Shown: piece after piece, positions 1-7,319 of the stretch
Numbering within the stretch: the stretch's first letter is position 1
Layout: every line of letters begins with the position of its first letter
Source of the DNA: Candidatus Undinarchaeota archaeon
GTDB lineage: Archaea; SpSt-1190; JASMDC01
Length of the DNA: 43,682 nucleotides
Reading direction: 5' to 3'
Assembly: GCA_964519305.1 (NCBI GenBank)
Contig: CAZFHY010000024.1
Location: 1 to 43,682 of the forward strand
Made by a program: the position numbers and the translations under genes
The notes under the pieces: model-generated
The model's input: only the letters and a program-made list of their open reading frames with translations
The model's database searches: none
Told to the model about the DNA's origin: nothing

Positions 1-3000
1 CACCGCAGCGTCGAACGCCCTCCCGAGGAAGAGCTCCAGAGCGCCGTGCACCACGGTGCCCCTGGCGAGCGCTCCGGCGTCTGTCCCCGCCGTCGATCTC
101 GGCGGCTCGGGTGTGCTCTGCACGTGCTTGGCCTTGTAAGCGACAGGACAGTTGACGTAGTCCTTGAGGCGGGAGGGCGAGATGCGCTCGACACGCGGGG
201 GCAGCGGGCGGGATTGGAGAGCCGGATCGTCGTCTTGTGGGTCGGTCCGAACGGGATCGGCCTCGTCGATCGTCTCGATGGAAGGCTGCGTTGCGGCCGC
301 CGCCTGCGCTCCAGTGGGCGTCAGAACGGTCACAAGCCCATCGAGTATCGTCCCGCCGTTATCGGGCAGGCCGTCGGTCCAGATACCTGCCTCCTCGAGC
401 AGCCACCCGAGCCAGGTCTTGTTGGCCAGGGGGGTCGTTGGTAGTTCCTTCGGGAATCCATGTGCCGCGCAATCCCCTGAGAGGATAAGGTGGTCTCGAG
501 CTCGCGTCACCGCCACGTAGAAGAGCCGCTTGTGCTCCGCCCAGGCGCGTTCCTTCAGGCGCTGCGCGATGAGCTGCTTCGCACCGGAGTGTACCCGCTT
601 GCCCGTCTCGTCCTGGACGTAAGTCCCGGGTCCCACTTCAGCGTCGAGGAGGAATCCTTTCGGCGCGGGCGGCTCCCTGTGCATCAGCGGTACAACCGTC
701 ACGGGAAACTGGAGCCCCTTGGCACCGTGCACAGTCATGATGCGGACGGCGTCGCCCCCGTCCTCACCGGCGGACGCCTCGCCCGTCTTGGTCTCGGTCC
801 TGATCTGGTCGGTGAGCAGGCGGAGGTAGGCGGCAGCACCTTCTGCTCCTGCGGCCTCGAACTCGCGCATCTCCTGGAGGAGCTTTTTCACGTTCGCGAT
901 CTGCTGGCGTCCGCCCGGCAGCGATGCGTAGGTTGCCCACGCTCCCGACTCGTCCAGGATCCGCGACACAAGGTCCGCCAAGGGGACGCGGTCTAGGAGC
1001 GATCGGTACCGCTTGAGCTCTCCCAGCGCCTTCTTCACCCGTTGCGCATCGGGATTCGTTCGGTCCTCGGAGAACTTACGTACGGCTTCCACGAAGTCCT
1101 TGGTATCGATGGTCGCGCGGACAATCGCGTCGTCGGACAGAGAGAACAGCGGACCGCGCAGGACGCTGAGGAGGGCGACACCGTCCCTCTCATCGGTGAG
1201 GACGGCTAGGAGCGATGCTGCGTCACGCACCTCCTGCGACTGGTAGAACCCCGTTCCCTTGTACACCGTATAGGGCACCTTGAGCGCGTCGAGCTCCTGC
1301 TGGAGGACGGGGAGATGGGTCCTCGCCTGGAGGAGGACAGCGATGTCCTCGTACTTGGCAGGCCTCACCACCTCGGTCCCGTCCTCGAGCTCGATCTTGA
1401 CCTGCTTCTCCTTCTCATCGACGATCCGCTTGATGCGTGCCGCCACGGCGGCGAACTCCGCTGCGGCGCCCTCGGGCGCGTCGTCGTCCCCGGCGTTTCC
1501 GTTCCCCCCGTCCGACGGAGGCAGGAGGAGCTCCACGGTGCCGGTGATTGTCTCGTTCTCGCGGTGCTTGCCGGGGTTTCTTCCGTAACGCGCCTCGAAC
1601 CCTTTCCCCAGGCGCCGTCTGAGCAGGCCCGAGAACACGCGGTCCACGAAATCGACGATCTCCTTGAGCGAGCGGAAGTTCGTCGACAGCTCGTCGCCCT
1701 TGTCATCTTGACGCTTCTTCCTGCGGGTGAGCTCGTCGATGGCCGTCTTCGCGTACTCGAACACCGTGACGTCGGCATCCCTGAACGCGTAGATGGACTG
1801 CTTGGGATCGCCGACGATGAAGAGACGACGCTCATCCCTCCCGTCGCCCCAGAGCATCCTGATGATGGACCACTGGACGGGGTCGGTGTCCTGGAACTCG
1901 TCGACGAGGAGGTAGCGGTAGCGCTGGCGACACTCCTCCAGAAGGTCGCGGTGGGCGTCGTCGGTGAGCAGACACTCGGCCTTCTCCAGAAGATCGCTGA
2001 AGTCGAGCCCGCCGCGCGCCTGCTTCCTCGCCTCGTAGCGGTCAAGGAACGAGCCATAGAGCGCGGTGAGGGCGTGGACGGACTCTGCTGCCGTCTCGTC
2101 GATGGGTCCAAGGGAGAACGTGAGGGCGGCGGCGTGCGGGAGGAACGCGTCCATGACTGCGTTGAGCGCCTCACCTATCGCCCCAAGGTCCTCCGCATCG
2201 AGCATAGATCCCTTGAGGAGGTTCGTAACGCTGCGTGGCTTGAACTTACTGCCGTTCCTGGTGAAGAGCACGTTGACCAGGATGTTGGTACTGTCGAGCA
2301 CATCGTCCGCGGCCCCGTCGCTGACCATCGCGGCGAATAGGTCCTTGACCGTCCCCACGCCCTTCTGGTAGCTCTTCCCCATTGATCCCGACTCGACGGC
2401 CGACAGCAGCTCGAGTGCTTCGTGCACGCCCGGCTCGGAGAGGGCGGATGACATCGGGCCATCCTTCTCCTTCCTGACCACATTCTCCCAGTGCTCGAGC
2501 ACCTTCTCGGGCGATGAGAACGCGTCGCTCCCGACGATGGCGCTCGACACCGCCCTGTGCCGGCTCATGGTGAGCAGCATGTCGCGGATCTCGCTCTGGT
2601 CGAAGCGCTTGAGCAGCAGTGACGCGTGCCCCTTGATGGCCGCGTCGGTCCCGGCCGCGTCGAAGAGGTCGGAGAGCGCCTCCTCCACGAGCGCCGACTC
2701 CTCGACGCCCGATATCACCGCGATTACCTGTTGATCTGATCTTTTTCCTGCGACTTTCCTTGAGAACGTACTTTTTCTCTCAAGGATTATTTGGATCTGT
2801 ACGAAACCTTTGTTCTTTGACGGTTTGAACCCGATCCAGTCGCCGACAGTTGGGAAATCACCCTTTGAAGAGCAGGTATGACGTAACTTTCCCGTCAGTT
2901 TCCCCGAGATCTCACCTTTTTCCGACATCAATTTACAGAAAAGATGCGTCGACTCGGTCACTCGTGCCGGAATGAGCCCGTTCGAGTAGTGCTCTGCGAA

Positions 3001-3051
3001 CTGTTGCTCGCGTTCCTCATCCCATCCAAGGTCGGAAAGGTCCACGTTCAA
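1..3051 (-). CDS. Chimeric ORF open to the left window edge: RsgA-like N-terminal ~110 aa fused in frame to an N-terminally truncated AddA/UvrD-family helicase with the start of a C-terminal PD-(D/E)XK nuclease domain
   Basis: Hand translation from TTG 3051 (or GTG 3045). It begins LSDLGWDEERE...PARVTE...FPTVGDWIG...ILERKSTFSRKVAGKRSDQQVIA (RsgA-like). The same frame then gives LLVDEFQDTDPVQW (motif II), LFIVGDPKQSIYAFRDAD (III), NFRS (IV), RIMTVHGAKGLQFPV (V), EHKRLFYVAVTRARDHLILSG (VI) and ISPSRLKDYVNCPVAY...RGTVVHGALE (RecB/AddA nuclease start). It is absent from the ORF track, which is consistent with no stop before the edge. Confidence 0.85.
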   Translation of the reverse strand, partial: MNVDLSDLGWDEEREQQFAEHYSNGLIPARVTESTHLFCKLMSEKGEISGKLTGKLRHTCSSKGDFPTVGDWIGFKPSKNKGFVQIQIILERKSTFSRKVAGKRSDQQVIAVISGVEESALVEEALSDLFDAAGTDAAIKGHASLLLKRFDQSEIRDMLLTMSRHRAVSSAIVGSDAFSSPEKVLEHWENVVRKEKDGPMSSALSEPGVHEALELLSAVESGSMGKSYQKGVGTVKDLFAAMVSDGAADDVLDSTNILVNVLFTRNGSKFKPRSVTNLLKGSMLDAEDLGAIGEALNAVMDAFLPHAAALTFSLGPIDETAAESVHALTALYGSFLDRYEARKQARGGLDFSDLLEKAECLLTDDAHRDLLEECRQRYRYLLVDEFQDTDPVQWSIIRMLWGDGRDERRLFIVGDPKQSIYAFRDADVTVFEYAKTAIDELTRRKKRQDDKGDELSTNFRSLKEIVDFVDRVFSGLLRRRLGKGFEARYGRNPGKHRENETITGTVELLLPPSDGGNGNAGDDDAPEGAAAEFAAVAARIKRIVDEKEKQVKIELEDGTEVVRPAKYEDIAVLLQARTHLPVLQQELDALKVPYTVYKGTGFYQSQEVRDAASLLAVLTDERDGVALLSVLRGPLFSLSDDAIVRATIDTKDFVEAVRKFSEDRTNPDAQRVKKALGELKRYRSLLDRVPLADLVSRILDESGAWATYASLPGGRQQIANVKKLLQEMREFEAAGAEGAAAYLRLLTDQIRTETKTGEASAGEDGGDAVRIMTVHGAKGLQFPVTVVPLMHREPPAPKGFLLDAEVGPGTYVQDETGKRVHSGAKQLIAQRLKERAWAEHKRLFYVAVTRARDHLILSGDCAAHGFPKELPTTPLANKTWLGWLLEEAGIWTDGLPDNGGTILDGLVTVLTPTGAQAAAATQPSIETIDEADPVRTDPQDDDPALQSRPLPPRVERISPSRLKDYVNCPVAYKAKHVQSTPEPPRSTAGTDAGALARGTVVHGALELFLGRAFDAAV

Positions 3052-3114
3052 GCCCTCTATGCAATGTCCGGAACCGCATGAAGCTATTTACATATTCGTC
3101 CGGTCGCCCCTCTG

Positions 3115-3462
3115 TCATTTGACCATCGTGAGGGCCGCTATGATGGATGCTTCCAGCTCATCTCTCGGAAATATATCCTTGTCCTTCAACCGAACGCACG
3201 CTTTTCCGTACGAAAGCTTAGGGAACGCTTGTTTTATATTCATAATGAGCGATTCCTGACAGAAATAAATCGATAGGTAGTGTTTCTGGCTTGCAGCAGC
3301 AACCCAATTCCCAGAATATTCGAATGTAGGCATCTTATATTTCATCGATTCGGTCACTTCCGGGAAGTTTTTCCGGATAATCTCACGGATTTCTATCATT
3401 CGCTGCTTCCTATTATCGGGCAATGAGGCGATGTACTCGTCGATATCGGCCATGTGTATCAT
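3115..3462 (-). CDS. DUF1801 (YdhG-like) family protein
   Basis: IDEYIASLP...IREIIRKNFPEVTESMKYKMPTF...AAASQKHYLSIY...GKACVRL pattern; ATGA overlap with the upstream gene (alternative start 3453). Confidence 0.8.
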   Translation of the reverse strand: MIHMADIDEYIASLPDNRKQRMIEIREIIRKNFPEVTESMKYKMPTFEYSGNWVAAASQKHYLSIYFCQESLIMNIKQAFPKLSYGKACVRLKDKDIFPRDELEASIIAALTMVK

Positions 3463-3989
3463 CCTTCAAGGTATCCCTGGTCCTTTTCCCCGTCCGTTCC
3501 TAATCCTGTCCATTCCATGACCAGATTCATGATCTTGTCCGGATGGTTCGTAGAGAACACGAGCTCTCCGATCCGCCGGTCCTTCATCCCTATGATGACG
3601 CGCTCGCCCCCGATGACGCTGAACACCAGCCTCAGCTTCCCACCGACGGGAGCGAGCCTGATACCCGCACCCCCGTATCTCACTGCAGATGTCTCATCGG
3701 CCCGGACGTCCGTGATGTCCTCAAGAGGGACCGAATATGAGATGGGGCCGTACGCGACGGTGAAGTGATCGGCGGTCATCCGTACGGCAAGGGTGCGGAA
3801 GAGCAACAACAAGCCCACGAAGAAGAGGAACAGGATGAGAAAGAGCGCCCTCACCGCAGGATATTCGTTCCCGGGGTCCCATATGAGCTGGCGTACGAAC
3901 AGGAGTGCGAACACCGCTGTAGTGAACGTCAGGATGCGTGTGATCCACTTCGAGGGGACGTCCTCCTCGTATATCGTATCAAGAGCCAT
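3459..3989 (-). CDS. Two-TM membrane protein with a C-terminal bacterial-PH-like domain (DUF3093-like)
   Basis: Two hydrophobic helices, then FRTLAVRMT...VAYGPISYSVPLEDI...YGGAGIR...LVFSTNHPDKIMNLV. Confidence 0.6.
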   Translation of the reverse strand: MALDTIYEEDVPSKWITRILTFTTAVFALLFVRQLIWDPGNEYPAVRALFLILFLFFVGLLLLFRTLAVRMTADHFTVAYGPISYSVPLEDITDVRADETSAVRYGGAGIRLAPVGGKLRLVFSVIGGERVIIGMKDRRIGELVFSTNHPDKIMNLVMEWTGLGTDGEKDQGYLEG

Positions 3990-4029
3990 TTGAGCATGTC
4001 CTTCTGGTCCATGAGGCTCACCCCTGTGG

Positions 4030-4494
4030 CTAGGGATCCAAGGCGTTCAGCTGGGCGAGCTTCCCCTGCAGCATGTTATAGCGCATCATGTTGGTCTGTA
4101 TCTGGCTGTTGAGGCTTCCGATCGCGACTGTGACTTGTTGTATTTGGTTATCGAACGCAGTGCTCCCGGTAGCCTTCTTGGACATTTGGAGCTGCCGGAG
4201 GATACCATTGAGCTTGTTCAATTGCCCACTCTGTTGTTTCATCGTCCCCTCCAAGATCTTCATCTCCTGTCGGATCAACTGTTTTTGTACAACCATGGTC
4301 GATCCGGGGGTGATGGGCGTGCCGGGGGTGATGGGCGTGCCGGGGGTGATGGGCCCGACGGGGGCGTTAGCAGGCGGCGATGCTGCCGACTCCTGAGCAG
4401 CCGTTCCCGGGCCGGCGCGCATCCCGACGAGCACCCCGGTCGCGAAGAAGATCACGCACAGGGCCGCGGTGAGGAGCATTTGTTTCTGGTCCAT
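4030..4494 (-). CDS. Hypothetical membrane-anchored or secreted protein with PITPGT repeats and a Gln-rich coiled coil
   Basis: ATG at 4494 (MDQKQMLLTAALCVIFFATGVLVG), AT-rich TATA-like element ~35 nt upstream, heptad-patterned C-terminus. Confidence 0.7.
   Translation of the reverse strand: MDQKQMLLTAALCVIFFATGVLVGMRAGPGTAAQESAASPPANAPVGPITPGTPITPGTPITPGSTMVVQKQLIRQEMKILEGTMKQQSGQLNKLNGILRQLQMSKKATGSTAFDNQIQQVTVAIGSLNSQIQTNMMRYNMLQGKLAQLNALDP
4304..4354. repeat. 18-bp coding tandem repeat (ccgggggtgatgggcgtg x ~2.8) encoding PITPGT
   Basis: Directly visible at 4304, 4322 and 4340. Confidence 0.95.
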
Positions 4495-4540
4495 GACGAT
4501 CGCCAGTGGATGGTGCAAGGCTACAATAGTATTAATGCGT

Positions 4541-4882
4541 TTAGGCGGCCGGCGTCGGCTCCTGCAACGCGAGGGTGCATTGGAAGTGCGTGTGCGGATG
4601 GTCGGTGAGGATGAAGATGCACTGCTTTGTTCCCTCGTTCTCCTGAAGGATCGCAAGGCAATCTGCGGAACTGTCGTACAGACCGTATCTCAGGCAGTGG
4701 CCGCAGCACACCTTCTCGACCTCAGGAGTATAGAGACCGTCGAACGGCTCTCCGGTAATGTCCTCCTTGGGCTTCGCAGGACGTTGGGAGATACAGCCCG
4801 AAAGAACAGAGCATATCAGGACCAAGGAGATGACGTACGAGATGTCGATCCTCCACCAGTGACCGGTCCCCAGACGTCCCAT
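4541..4882 (-). CDS. Small Cys-rich putative archaeal lipoprotein
   Basis: Hydrophobic h-region ending in the lipobox-like VLSGC; six further Cys; TATA-like ggttattaacc ~25 nt upstream of ATG 4882. Confidence 0.6.
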   Translation of the reverse strand: MGRLGTGHWWRIDISYVISLVLICSVLSGCISQRPAKPKEDITGEPFDGLYTPEVEKVCCGHCLRYGLYDSSADCLAILQENEGTKQCIFILTDHPHTHFQCTLALQEPTPAA

Positions 4883-4993
4883 CCATGTTCCCAATTACCT
4901 TGCTGGTTAATAACCGTTCGCACATCTGGTCCACGGCGACGACCGTGCCACGTGGTGTCAAAGAGCACGTTTTCCGGATTCCGGAGGAATGAA

Positions 4994-5003
4994 GTTTATA
5001 AAC
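4994..5003 (+). promoter_or_regulatory. Putative archaeal TATA box (gtttataaac)
   Basis: TTTATAAA preceded by a purine-rich BRE-like stretch (gaatgaa), ~30 nt before ATG 5032, in a GC-rich background. Confidence 0.6.
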
Positions 5004-5031
5004 CGGACCGCCCCGCCGAGGTTTTCCGGGG

Positions 5032-5859
5032 ATGAAAGTGGGACAGGGGACCTATCTTGAGGATGATATCGACACGCCCGACGAGAGGCAGGAACGGCTT
5101 CCGTTGGGCCGGTTGCTGCGCTATGCTGCGGTCGGGGTGGGCATCGCTGCAGCGCTCGGAGGCGCAACGGCAACACTGACCGGACCGGCCTACCACGCGG
5201 AAGTGCCCGAGGCCGTCACGGACACTATCGTGGTGGTCGACGGGTACGAGGTCCAGCTGCCCGCCGACTACGCAGAGCTCCCCGAGTGGTACGCTGACGG
5301 TGACGTGAAGGGCGCGCGAGAGGACGTCCAGAAGGTCAGGGGCGACATCCTCTTCGAGGTCAGGGCACAGGTGCCCGCGCTACTTGCGGGCGAGATCACC
5401 ATGGACGAGGCGTATGAGCTCACCGTGGACAGCTATATCGAGCACCACAAGGACGAGGAAGGTATGGAGGGTGCGGTCCAGGCGGTCGAGGAGAAACGTG
5501 ACGAGCCCGACCTGCGTGACTATGTCGTATCGGAGCTGGAGTTCAACTCATACCTGTTCGATGCCTATTCCCATGTGACCGGGGTCATCGGGGCCCCGCC
5601 ACAGGAGTTCCTGGATGACGTCGATGTCCAGGCCGGAGTGCTGGCCGAGTGCGGTGACATGACGGAGTATGCGCGGCTCTCCGAGGAGAAGGCCGCCAAC
5701 GCACAGGTGCTTGTGAACCGGATCGTGCGCGAGGTCGGGTTTCCGTTCAGCGGGTTCATACGCCGACCGCTCACCGATGTCCTCGTGACCGAGCCTCTTG
5801 AGATGGAGCAGGAGGTCATCCTCCTGGTCGAGGAACAGGTCCCCGACGAGCAGGCGTGA
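5032..5859 (+). CDS. Hypothetical acidic protein with an N-terminal membrane anchor
   Basis: 275-aa ORF with coding-like GC3 bias, TM segment YAAVGVGIAAALGGATA and an upstream TATA-like box. Confidence 0.75.
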   Translation: MKVGQGTYLEDDIDTPDERQERLPLGRLLRYAAVGVGIAAALGGATATLTGPAYHAEVPEAVTDTIVVVDGYEVQLPADYAELPEWYADGDVKGAREDVQKVRGDILFEVRAQVPALLAGEITMDEAYELTVDSYIEHHKDEEGMEGAVQAVEEKRDEPDLRDYVVSELEFNSYLFDAYSHVTGVIGAPPQEFLDDVDVQAGVLAECGDMTEYARLSEEKAANAQVLVNRIVREVGFPFSGFIRRPLTDVLVTEPLEMEQEVILLVEEQVPDEQA

Positions 5860-5927
5860 CACGATGCCGCAGGCATGCACCCCAAAACAACCTTTATAAC
5901 CCGACCCTTGGGCGTCACCGAGCAGTG

Positions 5928-6446
5928 ATGACGATGGAAGGACTCCACTACGCCACTCTTGCTTACACAGTGCACCTGGACGTGACACAAACAGCGCACT
6001 GGGACAGCGAGGACCACGAGTTCCATACCATCATGGACTGCCCCCAACGGGCTGGTGACGGTTTCGGTACGTACCTGACCGAACTGGCCGGGAGCTCGGG
6101 CGCCGACATCACCGTCGACCACTACACCGGGGCGTTCCAGGAGCCCTGGCCCGCTATGGGTCACAAGGGCGACGCTGACCAGTACAACGTCACCATCGCC
6201 GGAACCCGCGACCAGATCGAGAGCTACATATCGTCCGTGGCGGAAGAGGGCTACGGCCTCCCCACTATCGGTAAGGTCATGACCGACAGGAGCCACCCGT
6301 TCAAGAGCCTGGCAGGATGGCGCGACTCGATCAAGGCCATCAAGGCCCACGAGAGCGACGCTGGTGGTTACTCCCTCTCGTCACCGCAGGATGACGGGAC
6401 GAAAGTGATAACACGACAGTTCGGTCCCCCGGACTCATGGATCTGA
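5928..6446 (+). CDS. Hypothetical protein
   Basis: TATA-like ctttataac at ~5891 supports a start at ATG 5928 or 5934 rather than GTG 5856; coding-like composition; no family recognised. Confidence 0.65.
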   Translation: MTMEGLHYATLAYTVHLDVTQTAHWDSEDHEFHTIMDCPQRAGDGFGTYLTELAGSSGADITVDHYTGAFQEPWPAMGHKGDADQYNVTIAGTRDQIESYISSVAEEGYGLPTIGKVMTDRSHPFKSLAGWRDSIKAIKAHESDAGGYSLSSPQDDGTKVITRQFGPPDSWI

Positions 6447-6515
6447 ATCCGGTCATTCCTCCTTGTCCTCTTTCAGCCAGACCGCTAACTCCGGTGGGGC
6501 ATGCTCTGGCCGCGA

Positions 6516-7283
6516 TCAGATGACCTGATGGCTCACTATGAACCCTGACGGCAGGTTGATCGAGATGATCATCCGATCACCATTCACGTTGTAGTACGTC
6601 ATGGGCTTGAAGGCGCCCGTGGTGTCCTCGTAGTCGCCGTTGAACGAAATGATGAATGTCTCGCGCGGGGCGATGGACTTCTGGTGGCCGCACCGGCCGT
6701 TGTACGATATGAAACCGAATCGGCAGCAGGTATCTTCAGTGCCGTCGTCGAACGATGCGCCGATATGGTCCGAGTTAAGCTGGACCTCGCCCATCTTGGG
6801 CTCATCGGGCAGTTCATAAAAGACGTAAGCTGAGCCAAGGTCCGACATCCGCACGACGCTGGAGCCGGTGTTGCGCATGAGGAAGCATAACCGGTCCTGG
6901 ACCTGGCACGCGACGTCCTTGGCCGGGCCAAGGGTCAAACCCTGCCGTCCTACCGTCTGGTTGCCAAGCGACAGGCCGGCCGAATCCAGCAATGGTATCT
7001 CGTCACCGTACGTATCGCTGTAGCACTCGCCGATCGTATCCAATGTCGGATCGCCCACGGTCGTGACGGTGCAGTTCGCGTCGCAAGGGTAGGCGGAGAT
7101 GACCTGGAGGTTACCCATGGGGAACGAGCCGCGGGTACCGCCCCGGGACCGGCCTGACGGGGCCCTACTGTACAGTTCATCGGTCCATACCAGTGCACCG
7201 AAAACAACGAGGATGAGCGTGACTGCGCCCATGATCCAGTCGGTGGTCGTGAGCTGTCGGCCGTTCCCCTCGCCCTCGGCCAT
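6516..7283 (-). CDS. Single-pass 8-Cys extracellular beta-rich protein, paralog A (possibly FlaF/FlaG- or pilin-like fold)
   Basis: N-terminal TM helix; colinear similarity to 22841..23479; tttttat TATA-like element ~30 nt upstream of ATG 7283. Confidence 0.75.
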   Translation of the reverse strand: MAEGEGNGRQLTTTDWIMGAVTLILVVFGALVWTDELYSRAPSGRSRGGTRGSFPMGNLQVISAYPCDANCTVTTVGDPTLDTIGECYSDTYGDEIPLLDSAGLSLGNQTVGRQGLTLGPAKDVACQVQDRLCFLMRNTGSSVVRMSDLGSAYVFYELPDEPKMGEVQLNSDHIGASFDDGTEDTCCRFGFISYNGRCGHQKSIAPRETFIISFNGDYEDTTGAFKPMTYYNVNGDRMIISINLPSGFIVSHQVI

Positions 7284-7319
7284 GGCCACGGGGTGTCGCG
7301 TCACCGATAAAAAGCTTCC

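Noticed and set aside
46-2734. Plus-strand ORFs (e.g. 490..996, 1315..2340) and alternative-frame minus ORFs
   Set aside because: Antisense or off-frame shadows of the motif-bearing helicase frame in high-GC DNA.
4690-4712. CCGHC in the small lipoprotein as a thioredoxin/PDI CGHC active site or heme motif
   Set aside because: No preceding Trp or thioredoxin-fold pattern, the protein is too short, and the motif is not CxxCH.
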